This document shows, in pieces, positions 24,148-36,864 of a DNA stretch of 64,000 nt. Source of the DNA: Paraphysomonas bandaiensis. Its lineage: Eukaryota; Protista; Chrysophyceae. The translations under genes and the position numbers were made by a program. Within the stretch, counting starts at the first letter, position 1. Each line of letters opens with the position of its first letter. The notes beneath the pieces were generated by a model. The model saw only the letters and a program-made list of their open reading frames with translations, did not search any database and was not told the DNA's origin. The stretch is from positions 1 to 64,000 of the forward strand of contig CBFFRP010000405.1 in the NCBI GenBank assembly GCA_965644295.1. Direction: 5' to 3'.

Positions 24148-24423
24148 TTTACTTAGATCAAAGAGAGATTAAGTTGTTAGACTAGATAGATTTATTAATA
24201 TCGTTTACACGAATTGTGTTAAACAACACAAGCTCGTTTTGTGCCATGCATAAATCACTACTTCTGTAGACCTTTCGCTACTAAACATATCTTGAAAGAG
24301 CAAACTATTTCAGTTTTCTCAATATCATAACAGCATCTACACATCACCATACTTCACTGTATTCTCGTACATTGTCTTCAAGTACCACATTGAATATACT
24401 AGGATACAGTCCATATTCTAATA

Positions 24424-24942
24424 GTGGGGCCATTCCTGGAGATGCCTGTTTATTCGTCAAGGCTCAAAGACATCTACACAAGTGACACTTGTACTAGTCG
24501 TCCACTACTTCTCAGTTTAAAGAGATGTTTATAGTGTTTGATGTATATTATTTTCTGCATCAGCGCAACAAACAACCTTGCAAACAAGCTAGCTATACTC
24601 AGTAAATACAACTGTGATAAATATATCTCACAGTATCCCTCAACAAAGTCGGACTCGCACCTTTTCGTGGTGTTCTGGGGGATAAGTACCGGAGGGATTC
24701 TCTCTGGGAAACTAACGTGAGCCGCAAACATAATAGTCCGCAGATATTCTTCTGCCCACTCATAGCCGAATGCTTGTGTGGTACAAGGGACACCAATAAG
24801 TGTCACTTGTGTAGACGTCTTTGGGCCCTGACGAATAAACAGGCATCCGGGAATCGACCAACAACCTCAAGGGCATCCGGGACAGGGCCCACCTGAAGGG
24901 TAACCGGGGTATTGGGCTGCCTGCTGAAGTCAAGCATCCGGG
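24424..24942. repeat. Dispersed repeat family: copy B right part (24424-24490, reverse) and copy C (24582-24942, forward), forming a local inverted repeat
   Basis: 24424-24490 is the reverse complement of ~24798-24860. 24582-24942 is nearly identical to 34282-34638. Confidence 0.9.
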
Positions 24943-25310
24943 TAGCTTAGATAAACTGATAAATACTGAATGGTGGCTGCATAAGATCATTTCTATCTGA
25001 GATCTGATATTATTTATTGGTAGTAGCAATATTATATACAGAGTAGCAGGTAACAATGATTGATAGGAGATAGTATATGCTGATTATAATTCTATGAGTT
25101 GATTATTAATGTCAAATATTAATACCTAGTCGCCCTAACATATATTTAACTGTTGTAATTTTACAAACCTTAATAAACTGTATTTCAAGCTACTGCACTC
25201 GTAATGAGATTGAGAAATATACACAATTGGCAATTTTATCACTTAGATCGTTTAAGAAATTAAGCAGTCATACTGGATAGCTTATTATTACGTACACCGT
25301 ACACTATCGC

Positions 25311-25411
25311 TCCCTCAACAAAGTCCGGGAAATAAGTACCGGTGAGAATATATAGTCAGCAGATATTGTTCTGTCTACTTTTACCCTAATGCTTGTGTGG
25401 TACAAGGGACA
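25311..25411. repeat. Dispersed repeat family, internally deleted copy E
   Basis: ccctcaacaaagtc..ataagtaccgg..tagtcagcagatatt..aatgcttgtgtggtacaagggaca matches blocks of copies C and D. Confidence 0.75.
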
Positions 25412-25767
25412 GATTACTTATTATAGAAAAGTTTGTGGGCAAGAATATATTATACATTGTCATTATAATGATTATAGAAACCTAATATTGGATCATTTAA
25501 CTACTCTATTTTTCACAAATGGTTATAAATCAGAAACCTAGAATCTACAACTGTGCATTGTTTAACACTCAACTAACCTAATACCTTAGTTGCAAGTGTT
25601 TACTACTCCATGAAAAGTGTGGGTTGAACAGAACGTACAGAAAATATCATGCGTTCTACTGATATAACAACACTATACGAGTAAACACACAGAAACACTG
25701 TGATAGTTTTGAATAGTGACGGAAAATAACTTTTTAATACTAGAAGTTGTAATTACAGAAAAATAAC

Positions 25768-27839
25768 TTATGTGCTGCGTCTTTTCATTTTTCGTCTGAG
25801 CATTCGACTACTTCTACCTGGCAGAGTATCTGCAGAGGAGCTAATCATATCTGCATCACTCTTTGGTCGTATCGACTCAGGTTGTTCACTACTCCTATTT
25901 ATGCCATCCCTCAGGCTGTATAAATGGTTTAGCACATTAGATTCTTCGCCAACACCCTCCAATATCGCTATTCCTTTTTCTACACCCTCTATTGCGATAG
26001 CCATATCTCCAGCCTCCACGGCACAGTTGGCATACACTGCAAGCCTACGCCCATGATTTTTCCGAACTGCTCGCGGTGTTTCCCTGCTTCCCCGCTCCCA
26101 CACCTCTTCATAAAAGTGGATGATATGTCGGCTTGCCTCAAGCCCCTCTGCATAGTCTCCCAGCATACAGGAGATGCCCGCGATATGAGCCAATACCTCC
26201 GATCCTTCAAAATACGGATCGATCGCTCCATTCCCTGATCCATAGCTTTTCAGGTTGTGCATTTCCCACCACACTTCCATTGCCTCTTTGTAGTATGCTA
26301 ATGCGGCAGGCATATTATTGACCTCATTTTCACGCAGTGCAAGGAATTCTCTGTGTTTGAATTTGTAATACAATGCAGGTCCCCTGCTTCTTGAGTGTAT
26401 AATAGAGAGCATCTCGTCGATAAGCACCCCACCTTCACTTAGCAACTGTAGGGACAATGCTGGGTCATGCTCAAGTCTCATCAGTGCAGCATACATACTC
26501 TCCAGAGTGGCTTGTATTCCCTCTAGCCGAGATGAACGGGACGTCATAAACGACGTCACGTTTTTTAGAGTGCCATAAGTCCATAACAAGCCTTCTAGAA
26601 TTATGTCTGCTACATTCACACCGTCAATCTTCTCGCCCTCTTTACGAAAGCCCATCTGCAATACATCATCTAGCTTCGATGAAAGCTGTGGTTTGACACA
26701 TTAGTTCTGATAAACATCATATACAGTGAATCTCACCTTGCGGACTTCCGCGACGGATATATTTTTTCCGGTACGACTCCTCATTTCTTGAATTACTTGC
26801 CGCACCAATTCACCTCGAGGTAAATCCTGTTCCAATTTTTCAAGAAACAACCTATCCAGACCTATCTGATGAGGTATTTCTTGCAGATTCCTCATTCCAT
26901 CCACTGTCACACTCGTTTCGTGAAAACTGCTGCACAAGACATCGAAGCCATGTTTGAACGCAAGTCGGCGCATCAGACCACTCACTCCAGCTAAGTGTAG
27001 CACCTGGTTATAACTCTGCTGATTCTTCCAACTAGGAAAATTCGTGTTGATGGCATCTGGTCGGAGAATTGCAATCCTATTCGCAATAGCAGGTAAACCA
27101 TCCTCCCAGAGACGAGTAAATATATGTTGGTCCATTCCAAGAATGCGGTCGTAAGTATCCCACCAATTCTTGAGGAATTGGCGAGACCATTCCGTGTTCT
27201 TCACAATAAAAAATCCCGAATTAACCACACCATTTTCAATCTCTGGATCAGCGGAGAAAATCATGTCGAAGGAGTCGTACTCGGCCACTATGTGCTCTAT
27301 CTTCATACCCATGTCTAGAAATATGAGATCAGAATCTAACCACACAATATACTCCAGGTCTCTGCCCCATCCACCCACAGGGTCTAATGCATCTAACAAT
27401 ATTTTCACCTGCGACATGCAAAGGATACACATGACACCATATAGAGTAGCAGATAGCATGTAGCACATAGAGAGACACATACCTTATTCCACCTTTGGTC
27501 TCGCGGCTCATACATCGCCCCATCATCAGGAGTCAGAAGAACCATTCCATAGCCATTCAACTCCGCGAATAGTCCATTTACAGACAGAGAATACGCTGTG
27601 TAGTCGAAGATACCAGGAGTGGAATAGCTCACCAGGGCAATCTTAGAGTCCGCCACTGATGAGGAGTAACTACCACGAATAGACTTATTCGCACACTCAA
27701 GTAGCAGCTCTGAGTCACTTGATGCGGTGCAACACTTAGAAAGGATATCGCTATGCTGGATAACAGGCTGTGGTCTTATGTAGTCTACTACTTGAGCGCG
27801 TAGAACAGCTATTGATAATAAGCAAAACAGATGTCGCAT
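25768..27839 (-). CDS. GT34-family (GMA12/MNN10-like) glycosyltransferase with C-terminal TPR-like repeats; multi-exon
   Basis: Signal peptide MRHLFCLLSIAVLRA. Motifs RDQRWNKV, YIVWLDSDLIF, VNSGFFIVKNTEWSRQFLKNWW and MDQ. The C-terminal exon has TPR-like helices (AALAYYKEAME, LGDYAEGLE). Confidence 0.85.
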
Positions 27840-28301
27840 ACCACCAGACACAGATATCACCACACCGCACACCGAACCACTAACACTCGATTCACTAACC
27901 TTCTTGAGCCTATCCAGTGGCTCAGGTGAGTATGTATGTAGGTATGTAAGGTAGGTAGGTAGGTATGTGGGTGTACATGTGTGTATTCGAAGGTATTCCA
28001 CGGTATACTCTGTCGGCGACAGATGCGATTGAAGTGTTGTCAGAGCCCCTCTGCGGTTCGTACACGTATCTATACCAAATAGGAATACTCTGCATGTGCT
28101 TCTGTATATACTGTACTGCGCATACACTACAACCAGGCCTTGGTCTACTTAACTGTCAAACTGCTCATTTATGTATATGATCAGATCGGACACTGTGACG
28201 GCCCCTCGATGTGATATGATGCATGGCTAGTATCGTTTCATGCACTCTATGCTATATATGTAACTGAGTGAAAGTCCCTATATCACTCTGCCGTTTGAAT
28301 A

Positions 28302-29275
28302 ATGTTGCGCTGGACCGATGTGACTCACACGAAGCGATGTCCTGATAGATCAGCCTCTCTTGCTGGGTATTTATGGAAAATGAAGAAAAAGTATCAGTTC
28401 CATTTGCCTCAATGGAATAAAAGATGGTTCAGTATTGAGGGCAAGTATTTGAAGTGGTATGCGAGAGAAGACTCGGCAGAGATGTCCGGTCAAATATCAC
28501 TTCTTGTGAGTTCAATAATACCTAAAGATAGCGTTTCGTTAAATATATCTGTAGGATATTAAATCAATTAATAGGTTTGAGTCAGGTGGAGGTGTGTACA
28601 GGTCAGTGACGCTAAAGTTACATCATTGCGTTGTTTTATACATGTCACAGTTTCATAATATATTCTCGAGAGCGTAGCCTATTTTTGAGAGCGGATTCCG
28701 CTCGCACAATGGAGATGTGGTTCCGTGCGGTGCAGATGCATGCAGATTTGGCTCGCGGGGGTAACGGATCTACGCTCCTTAGCGATTCCTCTCTCTCTGC
28801 CACTCCTTCCTCCACTCGAACGAGGAAGAGGAATACGCTCTGCGATGAACTGGAGCGCGCCTCTCGGGCACTAGATGAGCTGGAGCGAGCCTCAAGAGCC
28901 GAGGAAAATTTAGAAAACGTGCAGGCACCGGAGACAGAAACAATTGAAGCTCTAACGGGCATCCCCGACTCGTGTTGTCTGACGGAGACCTCATGGGATG
29001 AGGAGCGACATACTAGTCGCTATACAAAGAGTGCGTTGACTACTGGGAGTCTCGAGGACAGTCTCGACTCTACCGATTCATGTGATATGGTTTTTCCTAT
29101 AAGGATACGTCGACCTACCTCCAGGAGTGGTACATCAGAGCCACATATGACACGTAACAATAACCAAACTCAGCCACTTAAATGCTTTCCCAAACCTGAA
29201 AAATTCGATAGAGCTACCGTTACTCACAGTAGTCGCATCGATGTGAAAACTAAGAAGAGATGTGCTTGGGAGTAA
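28302..29275 (+). CDS. PH-domain protein; multi-exon
   Basis: LAGYLWKMK..WNKRWFSIEGKYLKWY, then FIIYSRERSLFLRADSARTMEMWFRAVQ, then a disordered tail. Confidence 0.88.
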
Positions 29276-29371
29276 CTATTAGCCGGCTATTATTGCATAT
29301 ATATATTTGATGTGCTTGTTTTGGTATTTGTCGTTTCATGAAATTTTGTTCGCTGTGTTTAATATTTAATA

Positions 29372-29819
29372 CAGGGCCTGGTAACCATTAATGGTAGTCC
29401 AGTTACCGGAAAATATAATGACATTAATGAAAATGTCCCGGCAATTATAAAGGCCAGTAATGGCCATTAATACCTACTAGCTTAAAGTAGATAATACCGC
29501 TCATAATAGAGAGTGTGGTGCTCCCTTAATTACTAATTTTTAATTAAATAACAGACTACGAATTGTATCTACTACTCGCTCTCCACTGACACTCAGGATC
29601 TTCTTGCAGGGTTTCATGGAACGTATAAGCATCCCACAATATGTAATTAGCTTGTAGGAATGATAGCAACGATTCTAGACAATGTAGATTCATGTTTCTA
29701 CGCTCAGATGTCATTATCAACTTTGCACGACTATAGAGCCTCTCAACAACATTAGATGGTGCTTTAATATGAAGCAAGCAACGGTAGTTGGACTCATAGG
29801 TACCAAGTCGAGCTCTCTT
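29372..29819 (-). mobile_element. hAT DNA-transposon relic (C-terminal dimerization region plus 3' terminus)
   Basis: APSNVVERLYSRAKLIMTSERRNM..LESLLSFLQANYILW is a hAT dimerization-like motif. A CAGGGCCTGG terminus at 29372 is followed by repeated cattaat subterminal words. Confidence 0.7.
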
Positions 29820-30066
29820 TATTAGAATATGGATCTTATTCTAGTATATTCAGTATGTCACTTGATGACAATGTACGAAAATACAGTGAAATATAGTGAT
29901 GTACAAATGCTATGCTGATATTGAGAAACTGAAATAGTTTGATCTTTCAAGATATGTTCAGTAACGAGAGGTTCGCATATGTAGGATATTATGCGTAGAT
30001 TAAAATGAGTTGGTGTTGGTTATCACAACTTCGTGTAAACGATATTAATAAATCTATCTAGTCTTA
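29820..30066 (+). mobile_element. 3'-truncated Copia LTR of the same subfamily as 61257-61550
   Basis: Starts tattagaatatggatcttattctagtatattcag and matches 61257-61503 closely. It lacks the last ~47 bp and has no PBS. Confidence 0.92.
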
Positions 30067-30420
30067 TTGCAATACGACGGTAACAGTTAAAATTAACATT
30101 ATCAGCAAGCTGTAAAATATACCCAACTTCACTAGCACGGTCGAGACCCTTTCGTTGTTCATCTGTCAACCATTCATCCCCTTCGAATACAGCAATGACA
30201 TAATCGTTGCTATACCTACGCTAGAAGTGTAGGTCTGTCGATTTCTATCTCGAGCAGCAACAAGGGTAGACGGCCTATGATAGAGCGCTTTTTTACTCTC
30301 TTCCTCAACTCTGGAATCGATAATTGCATAGATGAAACATATCAATCATACTGCCACGTTAGGCTTGTAAATCATAAGGATGTGGCAATGGAGGAGTAAC
30401 TTCCACATCCGTGACAGCCT

Positions 30421-30751
30421 CTACATCTGTAAAGTCATAATTAAGGCTCTCCCAGTATCATCAGTAGAATTACCGCATTCGGTACGCAATCTATCATATT
30501 CCAAGAGCATACTATGTAGAATACAAGCAGTGCGAAAGGCATCTTGTATAACTTGGGCAGAATGATAACGCATACCATTCCAATAGCATCTGGCCCCAAA
30601 CTGACTCATAGTAATTAGGTCTTGGTTGAATTCTTCTTGTGCTCTTCGTATTGACAAACAATCCGATGTTATCATTGAGAAATCTCTCAGCCACGTATTT
30701 CATCTCCTGCCTGAGTTGAAACTCTTCCTCAGAGAGAACTTCAAAGTCCAT
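30421..30751 (-). pseudogene. Internally deleted PIF/Harbinger-like transposase relic
   Basis: An N-terminal-like RPNYYESVWGQML is joined almost directly, in another frame, to the C-terminal Harbinger-type motif FRTACILHSMLLEYD. Confidence 0.55.
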
Positions 30752-31428
30752 ATTGTCAATGACAATCTCTACTTCAACATACTTACAGTCGCTTAATTGA
30801 TATCAAATTATAGAGTTGCTGTTTTTAAAGTAAATTGCTGTTTGCTTTACCATACTTTCATACTGCTGTACCTGAGCGAGGAATGGAAAGTTTCTTACTG
30901 AAATGTTACTCAATCCATAAAAGTTAGTTTTCTGGTGACATTTCCAGGTACAAAAAAGCTGTCATCAGAAAGATGATGATGAAAATACCCCTTTTTATAG
31001 GAGAAACAGTTAAAAACCAGTGTTTGTTAAGAAAAGGGGGGTTTCATGCATGGCAGGTATGTTGATATGGATGATAATGATGCTGGATTCATGGCACTGT
31101 TCGAATCACAACAAGCACTCAGCCTACTCGACATAGGCTTGGTAGAACTCGTGGTACGAGTAACAATATTATGAGTCGAGGTCCCTAATATAGACCGCAA
31201 TATTATTTCTTACCATGCCATGAATGTTGGAAAGAAATGAAATCAATTCTCACGGTCGAAATAAATTTTTACTAGTATTTTTTTTACTAGTGACGGCTCA
31301 ATGGGGTGTCCGCAGAAGATACCCTTATAAATTTTCTTGAAGATGAGAATATCTATGCTTTTTGTTGCATATGCACAAAGCTGGACTTGCTATAAGTTAC
31401 TATCACGCATTATTAGGCTATCTGCATC

Positions 31429-33166
31429 ATGGACGACGAGGCAAATAGCTTTACCGGACATAACCTTGTGGAGGTGCAGTCATGGTTGCGACAGTACTGG
31501 CCAGAGTCCCCGTTTGAAGGTATTGAGACTTACCGTGCTTCTTGGTACATTATTATAACGTGGTACAGCTCTAGATATCCCTCAAGATGCCTCAGATAGT
31601 GAAATCCGCAAAGCTTATATGAAGCAAGCGAGACTTCATCGACAAGCATTTGTTTCTAAAAATGCTGAGGATGAAATGTTAATGTCGAAGATTAACAGCG
31701 CCTATGAAATCATTTCTGATGAAGAGACGAAGCGCATATATTTTCATGAGGCCTCCACATATCAATCTCCATCTACAGAAGAACACACAGACGTATGTGT
31801 TGATGACGCAAGTACACAACCTGATATACTACCGGAAGATATGATTGCAGAGCTGGTACAGGTGTATATCGAGCTCGACGAAGTTATCGCGGCTGGATTC
31901 GACGTTGACGCTTATGTCACAGCGCATCCGAACTTTTACCGATCCTTCTTCGGATTTTCTTTTAAAGGGGTAAAAATGGCGTACGCATTTTCTTGGCTTG
32001 GCTTTGTATTTTATACGAATCGTGGAACGTTACTCCAAAAATTGTTCAATATCATTTTTCTGGGTATAGCAGGTGGAGGCAGTGCTGTTTTGCCTGAAGT
32101 CATTTGTATCGTATTTGGTGCCATGGCTTTTTCTGTGTTATACGTTATGTATCGACGCCGTGAAGCACAGGGTCAGGCTGATCCTGCCCACCTCTTACCC
32201 TATGTTCGATGTGTGCTGTATCCTATCGAATTCATTTTGCTGTGCATCACCCTGAATAACTCCACAAGTGCTGGTGCTTCGGGAACAGCAATGGCAATTA
32301 TTGGTATTATGAATTTTTGGGCCTGTCTTTTGCTCATTATAACAAACTACCAGCTTCTTAAAGCGAATGACATTAAGGAAATGCAAGAATTAGCACGCCA
32401 GTACACTGGTGACAGAAATGCCGTATTGCACGCAACTGTCACCGACTTGATCCTCCTCGTTGATTCCACCGTCAATGGTATCATGAACCGAATTGTCGTG
32501 AGCTTGTCGTCATTTCTGGTGATTGCTGTGATGTGGCTGGCGGTAGGTTTAGATGTGCTGCAGGCGTGCTATAGTTGCAACAGAGGTAAGGAAAAGACTG
32601 AAAGTGAGGAGGACAGCCATAAGTGTTATTCTATCATTGCGCTTTTTTCAATGATTGCTGCCGTCGCCACGTGTACGCACAGTTTGGCAGAAATGAGAGT
32701 GAATTGTGCTGTTAATGAAGCTGATAAAGTTGCTAGTGAGCATATTACTCGCCAGCAGCTATACGTCTACTATGAACAAGTATACTACCATCGTCAACTC
32801 GTATTCTGGGGACGTATTCAAGTTGCTTATCAAAATATGGTGAACACGCTTGTTGGACTGTTTACGAAGAAAGATGACACTTCCGAAAAAGATACTGAAA
32901 CACCACATATTTCTTCCACTGATGACTTGGAGAGCCAAACCTGCAAGGAGAAAGAGGAGGCCGTACAAAAGCAGGAGGAAAAGGAAGATGCGTGTAGCAG
33001 CAGCCATGGAGGGAAGTTATATGCATCTGTCGTGCAACAAGAAGACGGCGACGAGAGTAAGAAAGGCGTGTCGAGAGCCTGCAGTCACTCATCTGAGAGA
33101 CAAGACGAGGGAAAACAAGTAGATAAAGAAGATGTGGCCGGTGGAAATATTGACGATTTGGATTGA
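31429..33166 (+). CDS. J-domain-like multi-pass membrane protein lacking HPD; one intron ~31520-31569
   Basis: The spliced N-terminus reads SPFEALDIPQDASDSEIRKAYMKQARLHRQAF..MSKINSAYEIISDEETKRIY. Several hydrophobic helices and an acidic tail follow. Confidence 0.8.
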
Positions 33167-34281
33167 TTTGACACAGAGAGAGAGAGGAATGCATCAAATA
33201 TCGCTATAGGGTTGCAATATGTAACCGTACTAAATAATGCAATTGTAATTACCGGGAATTGGGCTTCATTAATGGAATGCATGATATATTCTACATATAA
33301 AATTTAAGTCGAGGTAATACCAAAACCTGGTAAAGCGATTTCACCTGGTTTCATATCTAAGTATTGAGTTAATATTTTCCTGTAATTTGTATCTCAGAGG
33401 TTAAAGAAAAAGAAAAAGTCGCAATTATAGTTGTTATTAGCAGTATTTATTGCGTTTCAAGTTGGCCCTGCTACTTGCTTGTGTTTTGTAATATCATATT
33501 CTCATATAGATGCATTTGCCTCTCTTGAGATTGCAAACGCTCCAACCGAATAGCCTGATTGTGCATACATTCCATACGCATATATAGCTATCTTCACCAC
33601 TGCTACTCAATTACAGTAGTATTAGTACCTATACTCGGAGACGACGCGGCAGGTGCCGTTGGGGCACATTACTAGTAGGTGAAGGATCAGATGCAGGTGG
33701 AGATTCATCAGCAGGTAGATGATCATCATTTTTTCTCATCAAAAGATCACGAAGTTCTGCTAGTCCGGACATCATTTCCTGACGAAGTTCAGCAACAGCG
33801 AGAGGTATCAGATCTGCTTGCTGCTGGGATTCGACGACCCCACCATCATCTTTATGAACAGTACTACTTACCTTGCTCGTACCTCTTCCTCCGGGTCGTC
33901 GTTGGATATGTCGCCACGAATGTCGACGACATTCTTCTTCCCGTTGAACTTCTCCTATACACCATTATATACACAGTTAGTACAGTGTATATAGTCGACC
34001 TGGGCATGAAACTTGGGAAGTGAATTTGACCAGGTTTTCATATGAAAAATGCATATCGTTCAGATGTCATTAGTAACAACGCACAACAATAATCAGAACA
34101 ATACCGCATATATATATATATATATATACGACGACCCCGTCACCATCATTATAAACAGTATGTTTTCCCTGCTCGTGCGCTTTCGTGGTACCTCTTCCTC
34201 CGGGTCTAATGTAGATTCAGCTAGTCTTTCTGAGATTTTTATTAATAATCTATATGTTACTTAGCTTTAATAGTCAGCACT

Positions 34282-34738
34282 AAACAAGCTAGCTATATAC
34301 TCAGTAAATACAACTGTGATAAATATATCTCACAGTATCCCTCAACAAAGTCGGACTCGCACCTTTTCGTGGTGTTCTGGGGGATAAGTACAGGAGAGAT
34401 TCTCTCTGGGAAACTAACGTGAGCCGCAAACATAGTCAGCAGATATTCTTCTGTCCACTCAGAGCCGAATGCTTGTGTGGTACAAGGTACACCAATAAGT
34501 GTCACTTGTGTAGACGTCTTTGGGCCCTGACGAAAAAACAGGCATCCGGAAATGGGCCCACCTCAAGGGCATCCGGGACAGGGCCCACCTGAAGGGTAAC
34601 CGGGGTATTGGGCTGCCTGCTGAAGTCAAGCAACCGGGATGTTCACCTTAAGAACTCAGAACGGAAGTGGTTGCACCTTGGTGCTTGCGGCGACGCACAA
34701 GCAGCTTTCGTAGCATTAAATAGTAGGATAATAGAGTT
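34282..34738. repeat. Dispersed repeat family, longest copy D
   Basis: Near-identical to 24582-24942 and extends into the segment shared with 12150-12338. Confidence 0.9.
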
Positions 34739-35284
34739 TGTACTGATGAGTTACAGATAGAGGTCTAACTAGTTTGTCTAGCATTCATCTAGCTACTAAA
34801 TCGGTGCAGGTTTTTAACGCCTATTGCTAAATAAAAGACTTTCAATATATGTCACATTCATAAGCCATACGAACGTGTTCCAGTAGAAGACTTTTTGTGT
34901 AGGAGTTCTCCCTGCTCTTCTTCCAGCTCTTCTTTCTATCTTTGCTTTGGTTTCGACGGAGAGGTCTCATTTTTCGACGAATCTGTTTTCTAGCACTTAA
35001 TGATGCCTCCTCTTCACAACTGCTGGAGTGCCCATCATCAATGCATGCAGGCAACTCCTCAGCTCTCTCCATCTCTTTCTTCCGACGACTCTTTCTTAAA
35101 GTAGATTTAGAATTAGACAGGTCATGCTATTCTAGCTACTTTTACGACAGGTTAAATGCTTACATGATGTAATGCCTTTGAAGCACTATAAGCTTTCGTA
35201 GTGACAGGCCTTTCTTCTGCATCATGTAATCTACGCAATCAATCATTCTGATATTGGTTATGTGATGGCTAAATGTTTGCAGCT

Positions 35285-35810
35285 ATAGTGCTGCTATGTG
35301 TGTTCTCTCGTTGAGCTGAGTGAATACTCTAGTATGCTCAGGTTGTATCCATAGCTCAACCAATACTCTAGTAGTATATGACAATATGATGTATTGGTTG
35401 AGTGATGGATATATTGAACGTAGTGAATACTCTAGTATAGGATTTGTGTGACGCGACGTGTATTGGCGTTTTATGGTGGCTATATTATATGTGTTACAGT
35501 TATACAGCTGCTACGTGTGTTCTTTCGTGTAGCTGAGTGAATATACGTGTAGCAGTACATTGTTACAGTATGCTACAGCTGTGTTCTCTCGTTGCGCTAA
35601 TTGAATACTATAGGCTCATGTTGTATCGAGAGATAGTAGTGTATCACGTGTATTGGTTGTGTGATGGCTATATTTTATTCCGTTATACTGCTGCTATATG
35701 TGTTCTCTCGTTGAGCTGAGTGAAGACTCAAGTATGCTCAGGTTGTACCGCCGAGAGATAGTGTATGAGATGTATTGGTTGAGTGATGGATATATTGATT
35801 GTAGTAGCGA
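35285..35810. repeat. Degenerate irregular tandem repeat
   Basis: The block gctgcta.gtgtgttctctcgttgagctgagtgaa.actc.agtatgctcaggttgta recurs at ~35290, 35507, 35578 and 35690. tgtattggttgagtgatggatatattga also recurs. Confidence 0.8.
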
Positions 35811-36864
35811 AATAAAGTATTCAGCAACAACAGAAGAAGGACAGTACAAGATAATTATTTACGTGGGAAGTACAAGGCTCTAGCGACGAGTCACAGAATT
35901 GCAACAAGCCATTCACACTGAAGTGCATACATGCGGCTGCTCTAGGCAGTTATTAATATCACGTCACTCAAAATATGCTACCCAGTATCTCTACCTGCAA
36001 TACATGTGAAGTCAGCTGACTGCACCTGTAGTTCTATGAGGGAGAGGAAGTAAGGGCAATGGAGAGACTGTCGTAGGTAGCATTAAATAAAGAATTGATC
36101 TTTATAATAGTAAAACAATGTTGTGATTATTAGAGTGTAAGTAATGAACACGATAGAGTGAGAATTATGAATAACAATATAGTATACAACTATCATGCAT
36201 AACGGAATAGTTAGAAGTGTAACTGATGATGATGACGTTATGATGACGATCATGTATCTTCGACAGATACTCTCTCTAATTCAGTTCATGATATATTTCA
36301 TTGAACATTATAACTCACAGATACAATCTTGTATTAAGCTGAATCCTAATACACCCCCTCAATGAAATCATCAGTGAACCGTAGATAATAGAGAGAATAT
36401 GAACTTATACACACTGAGAGTAAAAGCAAGAGTAGCAGTCACTAGTCAATAACTAGACCTATACTGAGTCATGCATGGTTACGAGGAGCCCTGCGTAATC
36501 TTTGTTAGGTAATAATGGGAAGGTACACATGGTCCTACTAGATATACATATTAAATGCCATGCATAGTTATGATAAATACTCAGCAAAATCCCAGCAAAG
36601 GTGTTGAACACAGGTGGGGCAGCAACAAAATCTGCGCGTGATCTATGCGGTCAGCTACGTTGGCACACGGGTGGTGAAATCAGTGCTATATCTCGATGTT
36701 ATAGGTGGTATACCAGCCAGCCTACACTATGGCCACGCCCTCGGAATGGGGCACATTTCATGCAGAACAATAGCACAGCATTTACGACAGCTACGTGTTA
36801 ATTAAGTTATCCTAACACTAACTCAATCACTTATTGTATAAACTCAAATATTAAAAAAAGAATG

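Larger units (their letters stand above)
18969..24423 (-). mobile_element. Intact Ty1/Copia LTR retrotransposon
   Basis: 293-bp LTRs at 18969-19261 and 24131-24423 are identical by eye. 5-bp TSD GTGGG at 18964-18968 and 24424-24428. PBS TGGTAGCGAGC directly follows the 5' LTR. PPT TGAGTGGGAG at 19262-19271. One uninterrupted ORF. Confidence 0.98.

Noticed and set aside
19706-24156. Plus-strand ORFs inside the Copia element, and similar antisense ORFs over host genes
   Set aside because: These are shadow ORFs opposite well-supported coding frames.
24805-24862. Hammerhead ribozyme (CUGACGA...GAA) in the dispersed repeat
   Set aside because: No credible stem II or III. The core reads TTGACGA in the 12.1-kb and 24.4-kb copies.
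34842-35230. Short basic ORF on the minus strand
   Set aside because: No recognisable domain or convincing gene model.
36590-36860. GC-richer patch ending in an A-rich tract, possibly a LINE 3' end
   Set aside because: No diagnostic motif or TSD; the A-tract abuts the Med4 stop.
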